A DNA stretch of 60,000 nt, from contig OZ249436.1 of assembly GCA_965235115.1 (NCBI GenBank), forward strand, positions 14,758,001 to 14,818,000. The letters run 5' to 3'. The first letter of the stretch is position 1; each line of letters opens with the position of its first letter. A model generated the notes under the pieces. It searched no databases. It was not told where the DNA came from and saw only the letters and a program-made list of their open reading frames with translations. This document shows, piece by piece, positions 43,201-56,275 of the stretch. Position numbers and translations under genes: made by a program. Origin of the DNA: Laetmonice hystrix (taxonomy: Eukaryota).

Positions 43201-46200
43201 AAAGTTATTAAAGGGATTTCCATGTGAAAGCATTTGAAAGTGTACGAGTTATATAATATCAATGACAAATCGTACGAATCCAAGGGTAAAATACAAGTAT
43301 ATGAAGAAATCGCAGATTTTCTCGTTTAGACCTAGTTTTGTAGATTGAAAATGTAGCTTTATAACTCGTAGATACTTCGCGTATTATGAAAAATGCCCAC
43401 TCCAGATGCCTTTATCAGAAATGTGTGTGCCATACGATTTATAATATTGGAACCTACAGCATCTGTTTGACTTCACTTTATAGCTGCGGGGAAAGTGTTT
43501 GACATGAAATCAACCGAGGAGGCCTTGCAGCTTGACCTTTGTGTGTGAGCCTGGGTTTTCTCCGATTTGTCCGTTTACTTGATGTATATCTAGGATTGAG
43601 GATGAAAGACGTGCCATACACTTCCTACCGCCAGTGTAACATGATATTATTAGATCATACGATGGAATGATGAGATCTATGATTGAATCTGTATGGAGAA
43701 TGTTATGAATTGAAAGAGAAATCGTACCATTGAGGTGCCATGTGTGTATATTTCCAATTCATCAAAACTTAAGTTAGATGATCTGTTGGCAAGGGAAATG
43801 CAGGGGTTTTAATGTCCAAAGATCGTGCCTGACTCTTACTCTACCGGTACATGAACGAATATTTCAAGACGGTCGTCGCACCAGCCTATATAAAATGATA
43901 AATATATTTTCGGTGTTATTCTATGACAAGCCAGCAGGATATTTACCATATCGAGCAGTTTGGTTTTGAATAAGAAAAGCTGTAGTCATATACTATTATC
44001 TAACGACCCCCAGATAGGCTACCTGTCTCCATGCAGGCAGTAATTTGGTCGGGCAAGTGAGTTATGTACATCTGATGAGCGGGTATTGATCGGTCTCAGC
44101 GGAAGAAAGATGGGAAGATGTTGTTAAATGCTACACCCCCCCCCCCAGATACTAAGAGCAACAGGTGGAGACACATCATGCCTAACAGGACAACGCCATA
44201 TATAGACCTATACCTGTAGTCTCCGGAAGGTGGCAGGTAGGCCTGCCGTTGCTGAGATAGAATTTCAGTTGAAGGTCTTTCTCCCGTTATATGAGGATAA
44301 GAAGTCTGGTGGCAGTGATATTGATGTGCCAGCCCATTCTCCGACATAACACCCTCTATTGCTGGCTTACATCACCTGTGCCACAGCAATTATATAACCT
44401 ACCAGCAAACTATGATTTTTTCCTATGATTTTTGTGGTAAGTCCCTGCCCTGCAGTTTAGTTTAAACGATGAGCCGGAATTTACAGTGGCAGGTCTGAGT
44501 TTATTACTTGAAAGGTCCATAACAGAGAGTGAATGTCGCATGACAATGTACGTTTTTATGGAAAGTATTCATCAGAATTTTGTTGTTTCCTGATATTTAT
44601 TTCTATTTGCCAGCATAGGGAAACGGAATGAAATTTGGCGTGTTTTGTTCGCTTTATAGCCCTATTTAGCTAAAACGAACGACTCGAAAGGCTTGAAGAA
44701 CCCCCGGCAGTTCGGTATATTCTGGCCGTGGAGGCAGACTGAGTGGACAGTAGCAGCAGCGGTGTTTATAAAAGTGGCAGCAGTCACCACCTGCATTCAT
44801 TGATCAAGAGACAAATGAGGCGGTGGTGGGGAACCACCGCCAGGCTTCACGGCACCACCACTGACCTACATTTGGATGTCACTGCGACAATAATCATAAC
44901 AGTAGCAGGCCAACTAAACCTAGCTTCAAAAGGTAAACATCGTATAACTCGCATAGGCCTACTTATAGTAATATCAGGTTTGCACCGCGTTGAAAAGCGT
45001 TGCTAAGCAATAGGGTCGATTACCTTCATATTAATTTCGTATTAGGCCTATTGTGTTCCAGATTCACATGTTATGAAGACTCGACGTACAATATGACTGT
45101 AAATGGGGACAGGTCTATGTTAGTAGTAGACGTAAATGAACGCCTGCAGCAGGCTTGAATGGGGCACAGGATGACTTCAGTCAACCTTTTTGGTATCCAA
45201 ATAGGGGTCGTCTAATCTTAAAGCACCGCTACGTAGACCTGACATTTGGTAAGGTAGTTCATAAGGTTTGATCATAACATTTTGTGTGACGCCTACTCCC
45301 TACTCATTAACTATTGGATTATTAATAGACATTGTTGGCTGGATTCCTAGCAGGGTACCGTAGTCCAGATGTTGTAGCCAGATACCGCAACTAGCCAGAA
45401 GAGCGGGTCTTTCATAGACTATTTGGAGTCAAATATCCGACTAATGATGTCTCATTGTTTCCCACGATTATATCTAATTAACAAGGAAAATGACAAAGAC
45501 TGTGATGATAAGGTGTATCTGGTGACGCCTATAGCCAGTGTCCTGTCCGGCATACTTGGAGCGGGGACATTGATTTTATGCTGAATGGGAGGACAAAGGT
45601 TGTTCATACAGCACTTTTGTAGATCAGCTTTGCAATATTGATCGTGCTGATACTAACACACCTACACTGTTGACTCATCCATCTCACGGGAAAATAACAC
45701 ATGGGCTAAAACGGCTCCGCCTGGACAGTTCTATGTCCGAAATATGGGACATTTCGTCTCATTCTATTTGTATATCAACCTGACCTAACTACACACATTG
45801 AGCATTGATAAATCAGGGAGAGCTGACTACATCAGTGATCTTTATCAAATGAACCTGCGTCAATATAAAGTGCGTCAACTCAGCTAGATTTTCTCAGAAT
45901 AGTTATCGAGAGTATCAGTGACTAAGACATGCGCATACCTCTGCGACCATATTCATTTTTTTTCTCCATGTGGGTAATTATCATTAATTTATATAACGAA
46001 GGCAACCATCCCTACAAGTGAATGTAATCCAGTCACTGAAGAACCACTGTTGTTGATTAAATTTATTTAAATTTAAGTGATGTTACTTGAAAATGCAGTA
46101 TAATTCATCAAAGGATTTTTTTCTTTTTGAATAACTTCTTTGGTTTTTAAGTGACAGAACTCTTGATCATCCATGGTGTCGGAGAGTTTCCTGAGACACA

Positions 46201-48119
46201 TTTAATAAGACATTATTTAACAGTCTTTGCCATGCAGTGATGCACAGCCCTGTCTGGCGGATGAGTTGATCTCATTTTTATTGCAGTCATAAAAAATAGG
46301 TTTCATGTTGGACTCAATATAACACGAGGCCAGGAAACCAATTACGGAGACCAGCCATATATAACTACTGTTCGTATAAAATTTGTGAAGGCCTCTAATC
46401 ATACCCGACCCCCTGCCAGTCTGCACCCTCAGTATTGGCACCCAGCCCGTGGAAAGAGCTCTCTGCTCACTGCTGTACAGGCCGCATTAATGATTAAACT
46501 GCTATTATAGCATGGCCAGATCATGAATGGTTGCATGACCAATGGCAAAATCAGTGTAGTACTTTTGTCCAACTTCCGCTTTAAAATTACATGCTGTGTG
46601 CTAACCCTGTAACTCGCTATACTCCACAGTGCGATAAGTCTCGCACCGATCTTTGTTTGGTCGGAATATTTTGCCCTCTTCTTCAATCCTGCCGGTCACG
46701 GTATTAACCGTCATTAGAGAAGAGTGCGTTATGGTGCTTGGATATACAAACATATGTTAGCTGCTTTGTTAGGGCAGGACGGAAAGGTCAACGAGATACA
46801 CATACCGCATGACATAGTTAGGTTATCGTGCTAAATCGGGCGAGGCAGTGTTAACTGCCAGTAACTGCAGGTGTTTCGGTTTTTACTTTTTAAAGTCAAT
46901 AAAATGATAAGGAAACTTTTAATATACGGTAATTGTCGGTTCTCACCAGAAATTTTCGACGGCGTAGTGGTCAAACCAAGGCCAGAGGCCTGGTTAGGGG
47001 TACAGGAGGGGCAATGCCCCCCCCCCCCCTCCTAAGCTCTGGTAATGTAGGCTATTTTAGAGCCTTATCTTACAGTCAAGATAGTAGGATGAGAAAAGTT
47101 TGCTAAACTGGACAGTAAACGAGCAACATTTTACCGGTATTCCTGTGGGTTCTGTTGAATTTTTACAAGTTTTTGCCGCTATGCTGGTCAAGAGACAGTG
47201 TAGCGGCCTCAAAGACAGCGTGGCGGCCTAAATACACATCGTAGTGGCCCGCTACGCAGAAAAAGGTGGCGAGAACAGTAAGCAGGATTACAACTCGGAA
47301 AATATGGTAGTCCTGAAGAATGTAGCACCTGTCACATTGTCGGACATCGACTGGCCAACTATAACACAGATGGTGTGACTGTACAGCAACCACAGCAATC
47401 CGGTCCTGACAACCAAATATTTCTGATGTGTTGAGTGCATGCTCTAGGTTTTTTTTATTCTTAAAAGTGACATGTTGCGACATAAGTTCCGATAACTAAA
47501 TCAAAAAGAATACTAAAGCAATATATCAGTCATGTCAAAGGATTGGCTGGAAAAAGGTCGTTGCTGTCGTATTGAACAGACTTCCGTCTTCCACCAGGAA
47601 AGGTCATTGCCCCCGTCAGTCGGCAGCCGTATGTTACATGATCCTAGGACTGTAGATCGATTGACACGTGTCATGGACACGTGCAATAGATGATGGGTCG
47701 AGCGCAGGATTGGTGATGGTGTAATCTTGACAATCTCAGCGGTTGAATGTTAATCAATATGTTGACAGGGAGGCCGGCTGTAGATGTAAAGAGTAGTGAA
47801 CGTGGCCTCCGTGTACAGTAGTATACAGCGCCGTTTGATGACAACTACCAGTCCCATTACATAGGTTCCATGTCATGATTCACGGAGTTTGATCGGGATA
47901 CTATTTTAAGTCTGGTTCTTTGTTGGATTTCGAAAAGATTTAAGAGGAAGACTGCTCTGAACAATCACAAAGTAGGATCAATGTAGTTGGCTTTTTTTGC
48001 AACTGGATATTTCACACTTGCCTCAAGTTTTTTTGTTGGTACATAAATTGATTTAGGTCATTAGCTTGCATGACGTCAGGCGAGGAGGGATATATTATAT
48101 GGGGGAACTTTACATAAGA

Positions 48120-48282
48120 GCGACGGCCCGTCTAGATGGCACAGAACGGTTTACTGCTTAGCTAGGTATTGGGTCAGCGACGGCCAGTCTGGATGGCACA
48201 GAACGGTTTACTGTTTGGGTATTGGGTCAGCGACGGCCAGTCTGGATGGCACAGAACGGTTTACTGTTTGGGTATTGGGTCA
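48120..48282. repeat. 53-bp tandem repeat, 3 copies
   Basis: GCGACGGCCAGTCTGGATGGCACAGAACGGTTTACTGTTTGGGTATTGGGTCA x3 (first copy diverged, 57 bp). Confidence 0.92.
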
Positions 48283-51200
48283 TTGGTCATGAATAGTGTA
48301 CCATCGTATAGTGTAACCAAAGGTAAAAGGTGACAACTACATATTTTACCAAGGACCTTCAATCTACAGCAGCATTTGCGAAATTCAGAAGAGCTTGACC
48401 CATCCCTGGCAGTAGGCAATGTCGGTGCCAGAAGAGGTCCAGAAAAAAACCTGATAAAAAGTGAAGGCAGCGAAGAGTGAGGGTGGGAACAAAGATGAAT
48501 GTTAGTGCCGTAGGTGGAGGCGTTGCCTGAGCTTTGTGTGGAGGCGCCGGGAGGTCGGCGAGCCACCGATGTGTTGGTCGTGTCTATAGTAGTGGGAGGA
48601 TATTCTATCACGGGTCGTCGGGGCAACGGGATACGGTATGCAGACGGATTGCCACCAACATTTTTTATTAGTCATTGTAGGGATGCACCACGGGACATAT
48701 ATTGAACGATTGAAGTAAGTCCATGTAATGTCAGAAATGTATATAGGACTCCTGCATCTCGGTCCAATTCTGAAATGTCGACGTAGAAATCTCGTGTTAT
48801 TGCATTATGGGGATGAATGTACCATGGTCTTTCTTACTGAAGGTCTGCCATCGAAATCACGTTCAATCTTAATCCCATTTGTGACTATACGGTATATCTT
48901 TGTATCATCAGCTCAAGTGGCCCCTTAAAATCTCCTCAGAGGCGGCCGATGCATGTTGTGAGTGAAAGTTAGCAGAGTACACAGATAGCCAGGCCTTACA
49001 TCTGATAGGACGTGAGAGGATGCTGGGATGGTTCTCATCACAAGGCTCAGTACGACCAGCTGCTGGAGCTAACCGTGCTCCCAGGCTAAACCAATAGGGC
49101 TCAGTGCTGACAAGGTCACATCACCAAATATTGGCTGAATTAGCAGAGGTGTTCACCTCATGTGTTTTGTGTACCAGCCAAAAGCATCCTCAGTTGATCA
49201 CAATCCCATGAAAAACCAGCTCGGTGTTGTTGGAGAGGTTCAAGGCGGGCCCATCATCTTAACTTTCCGCTCCCGTCTGAATGTTCCCATTACGCCAATA
49301 ATACTGTGAGAACGGATTCCTTCACTCAACTGACAGCCAGTAAGTGTGTAACTCGGCGGGTGAGAATAGTATTGGACTCACTGCGGGCAGAGTTGGGAGT
49401 TGGGCATAATAACTGACCGATATTATAGTGCAGGGTATTTATGACAAACATGGTAGTGTAGAGGAAACCAGTATGGAGGTAAAGGGAGAAAGACAAGGGA
49501 GAGACAGTAAGAGGAGGTAAAGATAGGGGGAAATTCGAGCAGAAATCATTTAAATGTTAAGTACTGCTGGCATATAGCTTTCACTGCAGAAAGCAACTAT
49601 CATGCATCTTACACACTCTCAAACTGAACTGTGGCCACCGAGCCGTAATGACAATGTCCGGATGGTAACGTAGGAGAGAGACGGATGTCGTCGACCGTCA
49701 CCATCGACACCCTACAGTCTACAGTCCACCTGGACAAATCGGGGCACACGTGTCGCTTACAAGTCGTGCCAAGCTCCCGGTGGGTGATTGCTGACATGAC
49801 CGCTTGCATGTAGTGCCCATGTCCGTCTAGTACAGATGTCCAAGGCCAGGTATTACGTCGAGATAAATCCCTGCTGATGTTGTGGTTACAGAGGCATGTT
49901 TGGATTTCTCAGTGACCTGATATTGGAAGGGATTACCTGTAGGGATACCAGCTTTAAACTGACATAGGAGACTTATAATATAACCATGAACTGAGTGACG
50001 GAATGACTAGCATTGTGTTGGAAGCAAACCGTAGCAAAAAGCTAGATAATGCCAAGTTGTCCATGTGAATTTGAAGTTGTAAAGTGAAAGCAGGACATAG
50101 AGGGGGTCTACTGTCGGTGCAGTAAATTTTTTTTTACCGTAAATCGATGCTACACATAGTAAAGAAAAGCGCAATAATAAGTCCCGCTCGTTAAATCCTC
50201 CGCTGACTGTCAGTTAACGGGATGTTGCGTTGTATAATAAATTCCCAGCCATTACAATTCACGTTAACTGTTGTTTTTTAACGGGCACCTCAAAAGGTCC
50301 CCGTTATTTTAACGCGGCATTTTAACGGAGAAAAGCGGAATATGAACCCCTGTTGCCTTCAGTTGAGTTTAAAGAAGGCAAATCACGAAATACCATACGT
50401 AGCCTTTTGTGATTGGAAAAATAAAATGGAAATTCGTAAAGGCAGTAACAGCAATCGAAAAAAATAACGGGTAATGCTGAAAATGAAGCAATCTTGGTTG
50501 ATTAGACAGTGATGAGTCAAATAAAATGTTGTATCTACATAGAGAATTGGCAAACACGAATAGTATTTATCATTTAATGATGTCTATACTAGATTGCACA
50601 CAGGTATGGTGTAGCTTTCCAAAGGCGAGGCAAGCTTCTCCAAGGTTGACGTGCCCTTTCCGGTAACAGCTGCTGACCCAACCTTTTGGCTCATGCTACG
50701 TCAGAGGCACCCATTTTCCCGATTCCTCTGCCATTTTTCCTGACAGATAGGCTGCAGCCATTCTGTTACTGTTCTAAATGGCCCACTCGAAGTGACTTTT
50801 GCCAAAAGTATTCAAACCAGTTAGCCCTTGAGCTATATCGGTGTACAACATTGGTGAGATGCCAACAGTTGGGTGAACAATTGGTATTAAAATATGCTGA
50901 TCACATAGTTTAACAAATGGAATATGGTGCTTGACCATCGAAGATATAACCATAGGGAACATGGGGGTTTGGAATAAAGAATTGCATCGTGTGTCGACTG
51001 CTATAAAATGTTGATGGTCTTAGCAGGTTTAATGGATAGTTCAATATTTCAGTACCCTCAAAATCTGGATCTTAGGACGTGTTCATCAGCCGGGGCTAGG
51101 GCAGTTGGATTATTTGGTAAGAAAATGGTAAAATGATTCCATTCACTGCGTACATATTGTACATAAGGCCACCCACAAGTCGCGGTGTACAAGTACCCAT

Positions 51201-51291
51201 GTGGTTCTTTGGGACAGCACGGTTGTAAACCGAGGATTATGGTAATAATACCAAATACATCCATATTGAGGGAACCCGGTCTCATGACCTG

Positions 51292-51417
51292 GGTCCAGTA
51301 TCTCGAAAATTCTTCAAGGAGGGGGCGAGATAAAATTGCTTATACCAGCCAATCAGAACCTGTAAGTTTTACCTAAGTAAGCTTTACTCAAGTTGAGAAT
51401 TTTCGAGATACTGGACC
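51292..51417. mobile_element. PIF/Harbinger-like MITE
   Basis: TIR GGTCCAGTATCTCGAAAATTCT / AGAATTTTCGAGATACTGGACC; CTG on both flanks (CWG-type 3-bp TSD). Confidence 0.75.
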
Positions 51418-51804
51418 CTGGGGCTGTTTCAATAATTGGGCATGCATGTCATGGTGTTGGGGTAGGCTCTTCATAAGGGCCAATGGCGGACAGGTCATGT
51501 ATACGGTTCCAACTTGGAATGTAGAACAGCAGGACACAGAGAGAGTTGGGTTCAGGTGCCACTCAGGCGGCTCAGTTTGTGAGAGTTTGAGCGCAGACCA
51601 GCGGGGTCCTCACCACATGGGATGCCTGAATCACTGCAGCTCTTCAGCACCGGTGACGAAATGAAGGAAAAGCATCTTGGCATTTGGACTTGGATGTTTA
51701 CTTACACTGTTTCACTTGAATATAGTATCCGGGCTCGGTGGCGGATTTTTTTTATTTTTGCAGAACCGCTCCGCGTAGTGGTGAATGTAGACATTGGTAC
51801 ATAA

Positions 51805-51953
51805 CAGTGGCAAATGGGGGGGGGGGGGGTCAGGACCCCCCCTTGGCGTCAACGGTTCTCTTTTCCCACAGAACTTTCTAAATCGTGTTGGACCCCCCTT
51901 GCCAGATGCCCCACATGAACCCCCCCGTGTCCAAATTCCTGGATCCGCCTCTG
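51805..51953. mobile_element. Diverged hAT-like MITE (CAGTGGC...GGATCCGCCTCTG)
   Basis: Ends resemble the 39834 and 34053 elements; no TSD recovered. Confidence 0.5.
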
Positions 51954-54900
51954 AGTGATGTTGACTTAACTGTCAAGCGGCAGCTTACAATGCATTCTAG
52001 GATTTGATATACTACATCTGTATACTTTCCTGTACAAAAACATTTCTGAGTAACAGAAATGAATAATAATAATTCATTAACTTATCTGCATGCATTGCTT
52101 TCATAACATAGGAGGGACTCGCAAGTAGCGTGATAGCATACTCAGTATTATAGTGCATCTATCAAGGTCTGCAACTTGGGTGGTACGGTATTGTCAAGGA
52201 AGGAGAGCTGTAAGCAGGGTCGTCTGCAGTGTAAAGGATTTTTTGAAAGCGTATTTTTTGGGTCTTTGCTATCCGTTTCTGCCAGCAAACGTATGATGGT
52301 TAAAAACGCTCCTCAGCATTGAGGTTAAATCATGCTTTGTTTTTTAAACTCTAGCTGGATGTTGCTATGTCCGCTAAGGATTCTGTTAATAGGCAGTTAG
52401 TCTGGCACATGCAGAGTGTTCCAGCCCATACCCCGATATGTCCGTAACTGTGTTTCGAGTTGAGCTGTACTCACCTTGACCTGGAACAATAACTGTGACC
52501 TGCATACTGAGTCAGACCAGGAGACTCCGCATGGGGTGAACAAGGGGGTACGTCAGGGGTGTGACCTAGGCTGACAGGGGGGCTGGGAAACAGGGTTGAT
52601 GTAAGAGGGATCTCTGCTCACAGAACTGGGTCATTGGCCTGAACTGAACCATGTTGGACTCCAGAACCCCCTCCCCCCACTGCTTGTTGTGGCTCAGGTC
52701 CTCTTTACAAGCTTCAGGTATATAAGCAGGGGGACGAGATAAAATTGCGAGAGTGTCAGCTAATATCAGTGCCAGCTACAGAACAATCATGATTATGTTT
52801 CAAGCCGAGAGAATAGATATAGGTGATTCTATTCTTGACTAAAGGTGTTTTCTCACAGATAATAGTATTGGGTATTGGGGCATTTGGCATGAGGGCAGCG
52901 TAGCCCAAGTACTGCCACGGGGCTCTCTGGAACCCGGACTAGCTGAGTTCCAATTTCTGCTAAAAATACTCTTTGAGTGGAGAGGATCGTGCCAACTTGG
53001 ACCGAGCGTGTTGGGATGTGGTTAGTTGGCAGAGTTGAATGAAGGCCCGTGACGCCCTGCCGTGCTATCTCATCCATATGTTTCTGCGTGTTCCTTCTGA
53101 CAGCGTGAATGTGGATCCTTTTACCACGTGGGAAGTCGGAAAAGGCGGATTGATAATGATGAGTTGTAATCAAAGTAATGATGGTAAAATTTGAGAGTAA
53201 ACATAACCGACATGACCAACTTCTGAGATCTTGTGAGGCAGGTCAGAGACGAAGTGTTTTTAGATTTAGTATACGAGCAGAACAAGTAAAATTCTGCTTT
53301 CACAAAACCAGAATAGTCCGGAATATACATCTCGAAGGTTTGGGAATTTCCGACATAAATTTCTTATGACTTTATCAGAGACCTTTTAGTAAATGATTCT
53401 CATTATCCTTAGAGTTTTACTTTACAAACAGGTGTAATTTAATGTGGTTGTGTCCATAAATTTCTGTTGACCAGGAGGTCCTGACGTCCCGTTCCCACGT
53501 GTCAGAGATAGTGGCCGTGGAGGGTGCCGATTGAGGCTGCTTGTTTTATAGATAAAGAGAGAACGGCCCCCACGTGGCCGGGCCACTGATCTGCTGCTGC
53601 TCGCAGCTACTCTTGATTTAGAACCAGTTGCACTGGACTCTGGGTGCGTGGAATACCTGGGGACGTCTATCCACATACTCGCGGCCTGTTACTGTTACAT
53701 ATTTCTTCTGCTGGTGGCCCGTTTCTGGCAGTAAAGCCCAGTGACTGAGTTCTACACATGTTGGGGTGCCACACAGGAGAGGACTTGACGTGGCTCCGGC
53801 ACCGCGGCAGGGGGCCAGGTTAAAAAAGAAAAGAAAAAAGTGCAAGCGGGAGGACAACCAACAACGTGGTTTGAAGAGTCAGATTTCCTCGTCATACCGC
53901 CTCACCCAGTTACGGAAGGATATTCTGCAGATCATGGATGCATTCACCCTTCAAATCTGGGGAGATTTAATGTTTTTCTTTCAAAATTTCATTGACAGTG
54001 GGCCCATATCAAAGAGTATGGAGTCATGCTCTTTGAGTATATGATGTAAAATCCTTTTTGCACATCCTTCACAATGCTGCCGTGTTTTCGGAACTTGCGG
54101 TATACCAGAATGAGTTATCCGCTATATTTTTCCGACATGGGGCAGTAGAAATCTGGGGCAAAGGATAAACTTATCTGGAGCCATGGATGATAACGATGAT
54201 GATGAACCAGTTCCAGGTGGAAATGATGTCAAGGTTGCTCGTGACTTGGGTGTGGCCGGAGCCCCAGTAACTGTGGGTGTGGGTTTGGGTTTGGGTGGGG
54301 GTGGGGGTAGGGGTCGTCGAAAGGGGAACGCCGGGGAATCCTACACGGAGCTCGGCCTTGGGGTTAGGGGTCGGACTAACGCAGATTTAGAACTCGTGGT
54401 ATGTAGTCTAACCCTTACCGGTAATAGATTAGCCAGTTGAGGACTGAAGAACTATATTCATAGGTTTACCCTGAGGTACCCGACTTTGTACAGAATTTTA
54501 ACGGAGGAACGTTAGGACGCATACACTAGGCCTAACCGTGTATATGTTTTGCAGTTTAGATAAAGATGCGGTCTTCTGTGAGAGATTTGAAACTTGGAGT
54601 TGTATGTATGTAATCCAAATAGTAAGACAAATACTTAATTTCATAAGGTGGATAGAATTTGCTTTGGCGAGTCGGTAATCTTTGCGGAGTTGTGCTTCTA
54701 TAGATAAGAAGCGTTCTCCCATCTCGTGACTGAGAGTCCTACATTTAACCGGATCATAAGTTGTCTTGAGTTATTTTTGAGTACCTTCATCAGGACATAC
54801 TTGAACATGATTGTTTTGTATAGTCACGAAGTTGATTTCCCTCAGTTGATATTTTCCCTGACTTCACTCAGGGCATGAAGGGGCTCTCTGTCTCCTGGTC

Positions 54901-56255
54901 TCTGTGGTAATTACCCTGGCGATATGATCGATGTGTTCCTATTGATGTCGATGATCCATGCACTGGTTTACCGCATTGATCAGGTTTGATGTTAGACCCC
55001 TGTTCACCTCAGTCGGCTGGGGTGAACTGGCTGAACTGGGGGAGGGGGTGGGGTACTCCCTGCAACAGCCCCAAATATGAAATATACTGAACTGACGAGG
55101 GGTGTATCAACTCACTCTGAGCATTTTAAGTATACATAGCATGTTGACGTCAGTGCATAAAAAAGGAACCAGAGACTGAAATTTCATAGTGATTTATTCA
55201 TGGTGTAAATTGCCATCTAACCTGAGTACCCAGTAATTTACAAAACATTTTTGTCACCGCACGTTTTCCCAAATACTTATATTATATCAACATCCCTTCC
55301 ATCAGGTTAGGAGTTGTAATTGCGGATTAAATTTTGATATTATTTCATAATGATATTTGGCTATGACGGATCCGACAGGAAAGGCTGGGGGGGGGGGGGG
55401 AGTGGGGGGGGGGCACAGGGGCAAGTGTCACGTTCGTACATGGGGTACAGGGAGAGACGGGGAAAGTCATTTCAGGCGAGCCAATTTTTAGCATCCAGTG
55501 GGCCAGTGCATAACGTGGCCAGTGAGTAACGACAGACAGCTAGAACCGGGTTACCGGATGATTTTTAGCGGCTAGTGGGGAGTCTCTGGCCCCCTAGTCC
55601 ATTTTTTGTCCGTTTATATTTTTGATACCAGTAAATGTGTGCAAGGTAATAAATATGTTTAGGAAATATACACAACCATCTTTAAGTTGCAGACATTTAG
55701 ATATGATCGGGCTATTTGTGGATAGATAAATAATAATTTGCTTAGTGACTAAATATAGTTGTATATGTAGTTAGACGACTTGATATATAATGCAGATGAC
55801 ATAATATTTTTATAGTGTTCTTCCCCTGTTCACCTGCAAGAAACAAAGGAAAATAATAACTACTGGTATTACTGATAGTGTACGTAACTTATGTACAGTG
55901 GGCACACAGCCAGGGATACACAGTACACTGTGCGTACATGCTCCCCTATCCACGTGTATATTACATAGCCTGCTGCTGCTTTGACTTTGTTGTATAGAAC
56001 GAGCCCATCGGTCACATGTGACGGCGGCAGTGTCGACCAGCGTGATTCCGGCAGGATTGAGTATGGCCGGACTATATGCGGTGTAGGCGGGCTCACCGAT
56101 GTGCAGCTTTCATGACTTAATGGCACGGCGCCTGGCCATCTGGTGCCCCACATGGGTCTGATCAGGACGGCAAGCCTAACATTTCACATTCCCAGCATGA
56201 ATGTATCATCACTTGGGCTCACTGAATCGTGGACCGACCGCATCTACATGGTCAA

Positions 56256-56275
56256 AGAGAGAGAGAGAGAGAGAG
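56256..56275. repeat. (AG)n microsatellite
   Basis: About 10 AG units. Confidence 0.9.
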
